Shown piece by piece: positions 38,230 to 48,273 of a DNA stretch of 64,000 bases. Location of the stretch: positions 9,796,001 through 9,860,000 of the forward strand of contig OU015568.1 in the NCBI GenBank assembly GCA_907165135.1, in the 5' to 3' direction. Position numbers and translations under genes: made by a program. The notes beneath the pieces were generated by a model that made no database searches, was not told the origin of the DNA, and saw nothing but the letters and a program-made list of their open reading frames with translations. The stretch comes from Oikopleura dioica (taxonomy: Eukaryota > Animalia > Chordata). The first letter of the stretch is position 1; each line of letters opens with the position of its first letter.

Positions 38230-39348
38230 ATGGTGGCTTCATTCTCTGCCGAGGTTCGCTGTATGATGTTCGTTTTTGGTGATATTGAGACCCCTTCCAT
38301 TGAGTCTGCCCAGGTCATCGAGGAACTCGTCCGTCTTGAGATCAAAAGGGTCATTGCGGACACTTCCATCGTCGAGCCATCGATCTCAGATATCCTTTTT
38401 GCTCTCAGACACGGATCTCACTTGTTCAGCAGAATAACTTTCATTTAAAGTCAGTTGAGATCCATCACGTAGATCACAGAAGAATCTAATTTTGAGGATC
38501 GTTAAGTTTATGCACGCGCTTGATACCGGAGGGCGAGGTGCGTAATCATGCACTCTGAGAAGTGTCTAACAGAAACGAATTTAGATAAAGCCAGTAAACA
38601 AGATAGAGTCGGAGAAGTTCTTGAAGCAATTGGAATCTGGGACTTTAAGAAGTCCATCCAAAGAGAACTTAAACGATATCCGAGTCATGATCCGTTGAAG
38701 CTAAAGAAATTGCAAATCATGTCTGATAGAATAAATGTTCTTTCGGCCCAAGAATATGAGCATCATGTTTATTGTCAACGAGCATCCTTTTATGGATACG
38801 CAACTCAACAGAGAAATAATATCTTCAAGACTAATGATGCGGTAGATTCAAGATGAGGTTAATAATATTCACATTTCATTTCTGCTCATTTGTTTATCCA
38901 ATTACATTCTAGTCATTTGACATATTGACCCCAGTAAAAAGAATTTCCCGTTGAAAAATCAGAAGATGGAAAAATATGGCTTCGTAAAACGGAAGGTCAA
39001 GGTCGAACGCTTTCTTGACTTCTTACGAGGAACCGACAAAGCAAAAATTCAACTGTCAGATATCGTGGTAGAAGCTTTAATTTGTTTGGCGAACGAGCTT
39101 GTGCTTCTCTTGGTAACAAACGCTCTCAAAAGGAAGTTTTATTTTACTGTTGATGGTACGTTATCCTGATCTGATGTAGTTTCTCAGTCAAAATTTTAGA
39201 GCAAATTCTTGACGGAGGCATTCAACCGCGCAGCATAAAAGCTGTGCACGCCCTTCTTCGTGATCCAGCCAGTAATAAACAGCTGAGCCTCATTAAAAAT
39301 AGCAAACAATCAGGGGACCAGTCAATTTTTCTTCTAGCTAACTTTTAA
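38230..39348 (+). CDS. SUPT3H: SAGA subunit Spt3-like
   Basis: MVASFSAEVRCMMFVFGDIETPSIESAQVIEELV...DILFALR; later DRINVLSAQEYEHHVYCQRASF, matching the Spt3/TAF13-like histone folds. Confidence 0.8.
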
Positions 39349-39503
39349 CCTTCTTGTTGTGCTCATTTCTGATTTAATACTGCCGAATCCACTTAAATTT
39401 GAGTAGTCTCAAGTCTGCATTATTCAGATTTTGTTGGCCTCGATCAGTTGGCTACAAGTTGAATTCCCCCGGGCGGTGGGTACCGAAGCTACTCGACCGG
39501 AAA

Positions 39504-41367
39504 ATGCTTTACAGGTTAGTTGCAATTTCAGCAGCGCAGAAACCTGAGCTCATATTTTGTAGAGAGCAGATTCAGACGCTCAAGAACTGGAACTCGCGCT
39601 GGGGAAGTTCTGAGCAAGTTTGCGCTATTTATTCTCTGGCGCAGTTACTCACCAGAGATATCGACAAGAAATTCGTGATTACGATCTTGTCCGAATTGGC
39701 TAACAATGTCGACGAAGATACGAGAAGCTTGGAGGGCGCAGCGAATAACTCACTTTGGTCAGAGCGGCTTCTGCAAGAAGATGCGCCGAAAATTGCGTCT
39801 GCTCTTATTGATCACCTCCCCTTAGTGAAAGGAAATTCACTTTCGCAACGCTACATGGATCTTGTGAGCAAAGTGCTCAAATTTGCAATCAAGGAAGAGA
39901 AACTGCTTGAAGAGTCTCGTCAGATTCTCTCCATCGCCATTATTCACCCAATGTTCAAAAACGACCAACGCGACCTCGAGAAGTTCGCTGCTCTTCTCCA
40001 GAGCAAGATGATATTCCGCGAGCAGAGGGAGGAAAAGATCGAAGTGACGAGCTCGGACGAATTCTCAGAAGAAGAGTTTCTCTCTGATAATTTTATTAGC
40101 TCCAGCGACTCGGATGACCCAAATGAGTTCGCTCATCTCGATCATATCAATACATTCCTCGATCCGGACAGGTATCATTTTAATCAAAAAGCATTATTTT
40201 AACAGAAAAATTAGCGGAATGGAAGACGTACCGAACTGGCTGAAGTCGTTGCGCCTGCATAAATACCAATATCTTTTTGCGAAGCTGACTTACGAAGATA
40301 TGTTGGCGTTGACAGAAGATAGACTAGGTGAGTGCAACCTGATTTCTTAATATTTTGTAATACTTCTCATTTCAGCGGAACAAAATGTGACAAAAGGCGC
40401 GAGGAAGAAAATTGCTTCTTCAGTTGCCAAGCTCCGGCAGCGCTCAAATAAGCTCCGAGAAATCGAAAAAGACATTCCAACATATGGTTCGGCGCTATCA
40501 GCTGGAAAGCTTCGGGAAAGGCTGAAAGAAATGAAGGAGATTATCGAAACCCCACTAAAGCGACCTGGTAGCGTATTTCATCTCGCTATTTTATTATTTT
40601 TCGATTTATTAAGTTGCGAATGAAGAAGATTTGCCTGGTCAATTTACAAGTGCCCTTGGAAAACTCTACGCAAACATCCATTTCTATGAAAGCGACGAAG
40701 AGAACTTGAAAACATTCGTTGGAATCGCAGAAGATGCAATGAGAAAAGCTTGTCTGACTGAAGCGCAGCGTGAACAGATTCGAAATTGGTACGAAAAGAT
40801 TTACGCTATCTATCAGCACATGCCAAAGGTAAACAAGAAAAAAGTTGACTGAATCTCAGCTCTTAATTTCAGCGGAAGCCAAAAATGTCTTCGCTCCAAA
40901 ATCGCCGAATCCCGTCTCGAGGAGGGTCGAATTCTCGTGGAAAGTCTCGGCATATGCGAGGAATTAGCCAGCCAGCAACGCAAGGACAGAATCAATCTCT
41001 TCCTTGGACCAACCCATACAATAATTTCAACAACGCCTCTGGCTCCATGTCACCAAAAATATTCCACAAAAGAGCTTCTAGTCTCGATGTCACCCACATG
41101 GTTCACCATTCAACAAGGTTCCAATAGCAAATTTAAAGAATTTTTAACCGGGTTTTCTAGTCATCAGTCTCAAGAGTCCCTAATCCAACACAGTTCACAG
41201 CAGTCACTAACTCGTCCTCATGTAAGACTCATGCCACTGATTGATATTTGTGACGTTGTTTTTAGCCATCCCTTCAAAGCTCGACAGCGTCTCTTACTGG
41301 AGATTTCAGCAACAGATATGATCCTGATTCGAACATTTCCAACTCATATCTCTATCTTCCAAGCTAG
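39504..41367 (+). CDS. SAMD4: Smaug/SAMD4 RNA-binding translational repressor
   Basis: MLYR|EQIQTLKNW..RW...EQVCAIYSL, LIDHLPL, SAM domain SGMEDVPNWLKSLRLHKYQYLFAKLTYEDMLALTE..VTKGARKKI, PHAT-like region; 3' end approximate. Confidence 0.9.
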
Positions 41368-41491
41368 AAAGAAAAGAAAGTTCATGTTTGTGCACCATTC
41401 AAGTCAAATGGGTTGACAAGCCATTTACGCCATTTCGTTTTCAGAACTTGAATATTTTTGGACAAATTGGAGCGGAACCAAAAATGCGGCG

Positions 41492-42614
41492 ATGACTAGC
41501 GAATCGAGTAGAGCAAGTGGTTTTGTTGGACGTAAATTTACTCTTGGAAATGGCCCACTTGCTACAGTACGTCGGATAAACGATTACTTCGACGATGCAG
41601 ACTCCATTTCGCAAGCGCTCGCTGATCTCGTCGGGCTATTCGATAACATGAAATTCAGAGAGTATAGGTACTTTCATTCATTAGCACTATTCATTTATTC
41701 AAGCATATTTTAGTCCTGACGAAGACGACGAGTATATTATCGAGGAGACTCGGCTAACAGCGAAGCCAAACGACACTTTTAAGGCTATCAAACAGTCCTT
41801 CCAATTACTAAATCATACTCTGAACAAATCCGATGCGTACTCTCGCTTCTCGCGCCGAGAGGGAGCGATCTTTCTCGTCGACCATCTTCTCACTTGCCAG
41901 ACGCCCAATTTCCCCACGATGATGGGCATGCTCAATATGCGCAAGAAACAGAAGTTCCACAAAGATTTCCCCGTCAACAAACCGAACAATTGTATTCGCC
42001 TTCAACCGGAGATGAAGAAAGACCCTCGTAAAGATCTAAGAGAATTGAGGAAAGAAGCCGGCGATCTCCCACTCTTTATGTCCCTCGAGATTATGCCCAG
42101 GTCGATTACTAAAAAAGAGGAGGACATGGAAATTACGATGATTCCTGGAAAATTAAACGGAAAGGGGTCGAGAAGTGAAAATTTAACGAGGAGACGGCCC
42201 AAGAACCCCCCGCTGAAGCAAATACCCGACAAAGCTAATCACCGTAAGAAACAAACTGGATATCCATTACAATCACTATTTTTAACAAAAAATCAAGAAC
42301 GAAAGAGAGCTTCCGGAGAAAAAGCCGCCGAACGGATATCGGTTATCAACAGATCTAAAAAGGTTAAATTAAAGTAAGTTTCTTCTTTACCTTTATCACT
42401 GCTACACTTAATAAATTATCTTCATCTACGAACATCTTGCTTCTTCGTTGTCACTTTTTGTCAGAATTTAAAGCTGCAATTTATGTCTACCTTCAGGAAA
42501 AAACTCAAGCTTCCAGCTGGCATCAGTAGTCGGAAATTCAGGCGAATGAGACAGTGCTCAGTTGTCATCGAGCGACTCGATCCCAAGAAATACAAAAATT
42601 TGCTCTTGAACTAA
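41492..42614 (+). CDS. Uncharacterised Lys/Arg-rich (probably nuclear) protein
   Basis: ATG about 48 nt after a TTTTCAG acceptor; exons MTSESSRASGF...FDNMKF, a long exon 41713-42374, and a last exon EKLKLPAG...RQCSVVIERLDPKKYKNLLLN*. Confidence 0.55.
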
Positions 42615-42924
42615 AAGATCCCCTGCTCGTATCAGCTCCAAGTTGTGACTCGTTCTTTTTTTTGTTGCTCTAGCGCGTTCCTTATAAGACTAGCTGACTT
42701 GAAGGCTTCGTTCAAAATGGATAAAATTCATTCAAGAAGTAAACTTATTTTAACGATTACAGTGCACGATATTTAAAAAATAAAAGACAAACCATCAAAA
42801 TTTATAGCGAGAAGATCAAAGCCTTGCTAAGTTAGGCACTGGTTTTTCTCTCTCATCTCAACTATTTTTCTTCGAAAAAAATACGTTTGTTCAATAAGTT
42901 TGATTTATTGTTTTCATTCGCAGA

Positions 42925-43122
42925 TCAGGAAAAGTCTGTGTCGTCTGTAAAAAGTGATGTTTGTGTTTCTGTTGTAGTGTGTTTTGGATGTATGTTTGTG
43001 TGGAGTGGTGATGGAGGTGGTGGTTTTTGTGTTGTTTTGTAGTTCTGTAGTGTGAGTAGTTTTGTGTGCAAGTGAGTTGTTGGTTTGTCTGAGAGTAATT
43101 TTGTGATAGAAGTGGTTTTGTA
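42925..43122 (-). CDS. Putative alternative terminal exon (Thr/Pro-rich, 65 aa) of the trypsin-CUB gene
   Basis: Long polypyrimidine tract plus CTACAG acceptor; phase-0 ORF YKTTSITKLLSDKPTTH...TETQTSLFTDDTDFS*; AATAAA about 16 nt after the stop. Confidence 0.5.
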   Translation of the reverse strand, partial: YKTTSITKLLSDKPTTHLHTKLLTLQNYKTTQKPPPPSPLHTNIHPKHTTTETQTSLFTDDTDFS

Positions 43123-43249
43123 CTGTAGAAGAGAAGAAAGTGAAAAAAGATAGAGTTTGGTACTACCAAATTGGTAGAAGTAGAAAGAAAGAACTTATAT
43201 ACACATAAATGATAAATATACAAGCATGCGCTTCTCCAGATGCTCGAGT

Positions 43250-43361
43250 GTTAGTGGAATAGCTTAGTAGGGTTAGTCGTGCTGTTAGTTTGTACAAATT
43301 AGTAAAGCTGGTGGGGTTAGTTGTGTTAGTAGATTGTTAGTAGGGTTAGTAAATTGTTAGT
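43250..43361 (-). promoter_or_regulatory. Cluster of nine ACTAAY motifs (QKI/STAR- or SF1-type RNA elements)
   Basis: Plus-strand GTTAGT/ATTAGT at 43250, 43272, 43284, 43298, 43316, 43325, 43336, 43345 and 43356; three are full TACTAAC. Confidence 0.6.
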
Positions 43362-43395
43362 GAGTTTGTTCGAAATCAATTCGAAGGCTGAGCAT

Positions 43396-46300
43396 TCAGT
43401 CAATGCAAGTCATGTTCACGCTTGATGTTACGTGCCCCTCGATAAACTTGGTTGAAATCAAGTGTTCTTCAAGATTTACAGGTTCTGCACTCTGAGCAGG
43501 ATCAAGTTTGTCCAGCAGGATATCAGGATGTTCCAGATCACTCAGAGGCTAGACAAAATAATAAGATAAGAATTTCAGCTAAAATTTCACCTGAGAGACC
43601 CGAACGATGAAGGAAAAGCCGCGAACTTTTGAAGTGACTGGAGTTGAGTTGTAATCTTTGTTCGTCAGAACAACTCTTGATTTACTCGAGTCGATCTTGG
43701 CAATTTCAGCAACTTCACTTGAAAATGTTGCCATCGTGATATTTCTGGGAATAATTTTAGATAATATTTGAGTGTTTAGTCTACCTCGAAAAGTTGAGCA
43801 CAACAGACCAGCCGTTGCTTGGGAGCTTCATTGGGTACTGAAATCGAACAAGAAGTGCAGAGTCGGTTGTTGAAGTTGTGTTGTCAATATCTCGTTCAAC
43901 AAATTGAACCATTCCTTTTGGCTGTGGTGATGCGTAGGGACAATCTGGTGAGCACATGAATGTTCCGAGACCTTTCATGTTCCACCGGAAGTTGTCTGGG
44001 ATTTTCTTTGAAAGTGGCGTGCATGTAGCCTTAATTTTTTTCGGCAGCTTGCCTCCTATAGAATAGTTAAAGGTAACTATCTAATCGAACTTCTTACCAG
44101 GAATAGTGGGGCGCAAAAACATTCCTTCTGAACATGCGATGAGGCAACTTGACCCTCTGAACCCAGGAAGATTTCCTCGACAGCTCTTAACAACAAGTCC
44201 TGTGTTTTCAGGAAGTTGGTCTTCGGTGCAATCCTTCTGCGCGATCGTTTTCCTTCCACAGATGTAGCCTCTTTGCTCTTGACATTTAGCAGATATCCAT
44301 TTTCCTGGTTGATATCCCTTTGCACTGGCAGTTCCAAAGTAAGCGCAGTTCAGTGCCTCTTCTGATGGCTTTGTTGGCTCTGATGAGTGCCAGTTGCTGT
44401 AGTATTTGCCGGAAATTGGTTGACCATCAGCCCATTGAAAAAGTGTCGGAATTTGTTCGGCTCTCTTGAGACCCAAATAAAAGTCGCCATTGATACCGGT
44501 TCGAGCGAGCTCCGTCATCAGAGCTTTTCGTTGAACATCACTGTCGATCTTGGCAAGTTGTTTGTCAATCCCCTCGCAGTCTGCAACGGCTTCTTGGTAA
44601 GTTCTTGGGCGAGTGAAAATTGTCCACGACATACCAAGGGTAGGATCTGTCAAGTGGAACATAGTGTCTTTGACAGCCCAGTTGAGCCTGAACCCAGCAA
44701 ACTCTGTTCGAGCATCTGACGTGAACTGGATCTTTAGGGTCTTTCTCGTGAATGTATAAATCTCAGGTTTCTTGCCACAGATAATTCTGTCTTCTGTTGG
44801 ATCAGAGGGCGGGCTGAGAGAAGAGTCTTCCGAGCTTATTTTGACACTATCATATTGACAGTTTTCTGATTCTTCCAGTTCAAAACCATTGTCGAACCAA
44901 ACTTGAACGACTTGTCCTTCTTGGAGTTCGCCAACGTCGATTGTCCATTGGCAGTCTGCATTGCTTTTGTAAACTGCCGGCTGTCCCGGTTTCATTGGGC
45001 CCATTGGAGAGGGGAAAGAACCAGTCACTCCGTTTGCAACTGTTACTCCGCAATTGTCATCTTGTTTGTTTTCAGCGACTCTCCAGGTTGCATTGAAACC
45101 AAGGCCTCCATCAGAAAGATCGGAGGTGAAGATGACCGTCATGGTGTTTCCTGAAGATTGATAAGGGAGCTCACGTGTTTGATTTCCGCAAAGACCTCCA
45201 GCAATAACGAAGTCTTCGTCTTCATCAACCCAGTTATCGTAGTCTTCATCATATCTCAACGATCTTCCATTTGATCCAGAGTCTGTGCCGCTTCCGATCC
45301 ACTTTTTATGAATGCCATCAAGAATTTGTACCCGATCGAATATGCAGTTCTCGTGCTCCTCGATGTCAAAATCGGTGAACTCCAATTCAACTTGAGATCC
45401 CTCTGGAACAGTGATTGTTAGGCTTATTAGATGAAAACTTGGCCCATTTTTCTAGCTTAGTTTAGGGGTCATATGTTACAGATTTAGAAAGCCCAAAATC
45501 TGAGCTTTCATTTGGGCACCAAATCAAGGGGTCTGGTTTATGCCCGCAAGGCAATTCATGAGACCGGAAGTTCCGAAATCGGCACTAGATCTCTTCAATC
45601 GAATTTTTCAGTACCGGTAGTCACTCGAAATGTCTCCAGAATAGGCGCGTTAGAAAGCCTAGTGTCTGAGCTTTCCAAAACGCAAATAAAATCTAGCTGC
45701 CCTGCTACATAGTGGCCGCTAGGGGCGCTAGAAACTCAAATTTGGCACCGTAAATGGGATTTCTTGCACTAGAACTTGCTTATTTGGTCGAAATTAAAGG
45801 TTTGAATTCGTTAATAAAGACGTAAACATCTCAGAAGTGACGTTTAACAGTGACAAAACCAACCGGTTGAGACCAAGATTATCCCGTTTTCTTCCTAGAA
45901 ATCCTTAAAATTCACTATTCTAGCGCCCCTAGCGGCCACTAGGTAGCAGGGCAGCTAGATTTTATTTGCGTTTTGGAAAGCTCAGACACTAGGCTTTCTA
46001 ACGCGCCTATTCTGGAGACATTTCGAGTGACTACCGGTACTGAAAAATTCGATTGAAGAGATCTAGTGCCGATTTCGGAACTTCCGGTCTCATGAATTGC
46101 CTTGCGGGCATAAACCAGACCCCTTGATTTGGTGCCCAAATGAAAGCTCAGATTTTGGGCTTTCCAAAACTGTGTCATTTAACCCCTAAACTAACTTATA
46201 AAAATGACCCGAATTTTCATCTAATAAGCCTAGTGATTGTCCACGTGCACTGAAGATGATCATGGTAAAAAGAAGTCTCGTTGTTCGTGAACTCATTCCC

Positions 46301-47955
46301 GATCGTAATCGTTCCATCATAGCCAATAACGTCTCCGCCACAAGCTATGTTAGTAGTTTGCTCAGTGTAATCAGTGTCGTCAGTCCAGTTGCCATTGATC
46401 ATATCGTCGATCCAATCTCGCACAGAAGCAATTTTTGCATAGAGTCCTGGTTTGTCCTCGTCCCCACAGCCTGTGCCAGAGATAACTCCGACCAATTTTG
46501 GCGACTCGCCCTCAACGCAAATCAGTGAACCCCCGCTGTCACCCTTGCAAGTATCGATTGTTCCGTCGCCGTTTCCAGCGCAGAATAAGGAATCGTGTAT
46601 CGTTCTGTTGTATCTCGTAGTACTGTTGCAATAGGCATCCTCGAAGATATCGACATGCGCTTCTTGAAGTCTACCTTCGAAAGAAGAAGAATCAGTCGCA
46701 TCAGTAAGACCCCAGCCAGCGACGTAGCAGTCTGCAGTAGTAGTGTTCGTGTCTAATGCTTCATCCTTTTTGAGGTTATAATACAGTTCAGGTCGTATAA
46801 AATTCTGAGAAAATAAAACTCATAAAAGCTTTTACTAGGGAACACCTCATTCCTGAGCTGGAAGACAAATCGGCGCTGTAATATTTCTGTCACTAAGATC
46901 CAATGAGTCTGTTTTGTAGCGAAGTAAGCAGAAGTCATTCTCAAATTCTCCTTCCTCTGTTCGCATGAAGTCCTTATGCTTCAAAATTTGGTCTGGATAG
47001 TAGGTTTTTTCATCTCCAGTATCCAGATACTGGTCGTAGTCGTTCGTGACGGTTTCATAAGCGTGAGGATTTGGGCCTTGGCAGCACTGGGCTGCAGTAA
47101 GTACCCAGTTTTCCGAAAGAATTGAACCAGAGCAGCCAAGTCTAAATAATAGTTGTTCACAAAACAAAGTCGCTGTTAATCTTACTTTGGGAATCGAACA
47201 AGCCATGTCCATCGATCTTCGACAGCATTTTTACCTCCGATGACACGTTCTTCTTGTTCCTCTTCCTCTTCGTATTTGCCCTTTTTCTTTTTCTTTTTGG
47301 CAACACGTGTTGAACGAACCATCGTTTTGTAGAATTTTTTCTTCTCTTTTTTGCTAAGAAGCAGATCTTCATCTGGCTCCTCTGGTTCTTCCTCCCATTC
47401 CGAGTAAAGAGAAAGTGATTGAGGAAGATAGACATCTTGAAGCATGAATGTTTCTCGGTCTGGCAATTCTAAGACAGTTCCTAAAAATCATATTAAATAA
47501 ATATAATATTTTATGTCACTAGTCGCAACTTTCTACCGCCAAAAAATTTTTATGGTTCAACCCTAAATTTTAGGTCCTAAACTCCAAGATTTTTGATAGA
47601 GCTTTTTTAACTCACGTATTATACATTCAAAAGCAGAAAAAATACATTTTTAAAGAAGTCTTTTAACCTCTATAGAGAGTTTTACTGAAAAAGATTTGAA
47701 CCTGAACCTTCGAAGGTTGTGTCGATTCTCCCGAGTCGGGAAGCAGATCTTGAAGACAATCCCGTATCGTCGGGGGCCCATTTTGTTCCCATATCTGCAC
47801 ATGTCTGCAAGGGGTCATCAGCCTCGGAACCGCTTCTTCCAGCAATACCACCTGATGCAGTCGCGTGAGCTTTAAAAAAAGTTAAAAAACAGGCATCAGA
47901 ATGTCTCTAACTTACCTACTCCACAAAAGACTGAGGAATAACTCGCTATCCTCAT
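43396..47955 (-). CDS. Secreted mosaic protein: trypsin-like domain (His57->Gln), 2 CUB, C-type lectin, CCP-like and a C-terminal beta domain; CUB1 exon interrupted by a MITE
   Basis: ER|VIGG, VLTAAQCC, ENDFCLL, DTCKGDSGGSLIC, VGVISG.GCG; CUB CTWTI..PEG..VELEFTDFDIE..CIFDRV; second CUB; CTL with FYLGL..FQWADG..W...C...YIC; ends VNMTCID*. Confidence 0.85.
45419..46232. mobile_element. hAT-type foldback MITE (814 bp) inserted in a coding exon
   Basis: Inverted arms of about 315 bp (45419-45733 / 45918-46232) starting TAGGCTTATTAGATGAAAA; 8-bp TSD GTGATTGT (45411-45418 / 46233-46240). Confidence 0.95.
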
Positions 47956-48273
47956 CGATTTTGTTCAATCTTGTAGGATTTCTTTTGATGCAGTTCGGTT
48001 GAACCTTTTTTTCTTTTATAGACTAGCACTTGAGATATATTTCCGCTCATTTCAGTCGTAGATGACAGCGCGCACTTGAAATGTCCGACATCCCGGAGAC
48101 AGTTTCCGAGATTTTTTTCCAAGATTTATCTTACTGTACTTGCAACTACATTTCAAGTACTCCTGAAATTTTTGTTCTGACTAAACTTACCTGTTAAAAA
48201 ATATATCTTGATGATTATAATCGCATGAAATTAAATCGTAAAATGGCTTTGATAAAATATTAAAAATTCATAT

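Noticed and set aside
45512-46178. Two ORFs with identical peptide (GTKSRGLVYARK...) on opposite strands
   Set aside because: Artefact of the MITE inverted arms; no transposase motifs.
47182-47466. ORF track lists MPDRETF...VIGG...FPK on the + strand
   Set aside because: The translation matches the minus strand (TAA at 47182-47184); treated as a label error. It is the protease propeptide exon.
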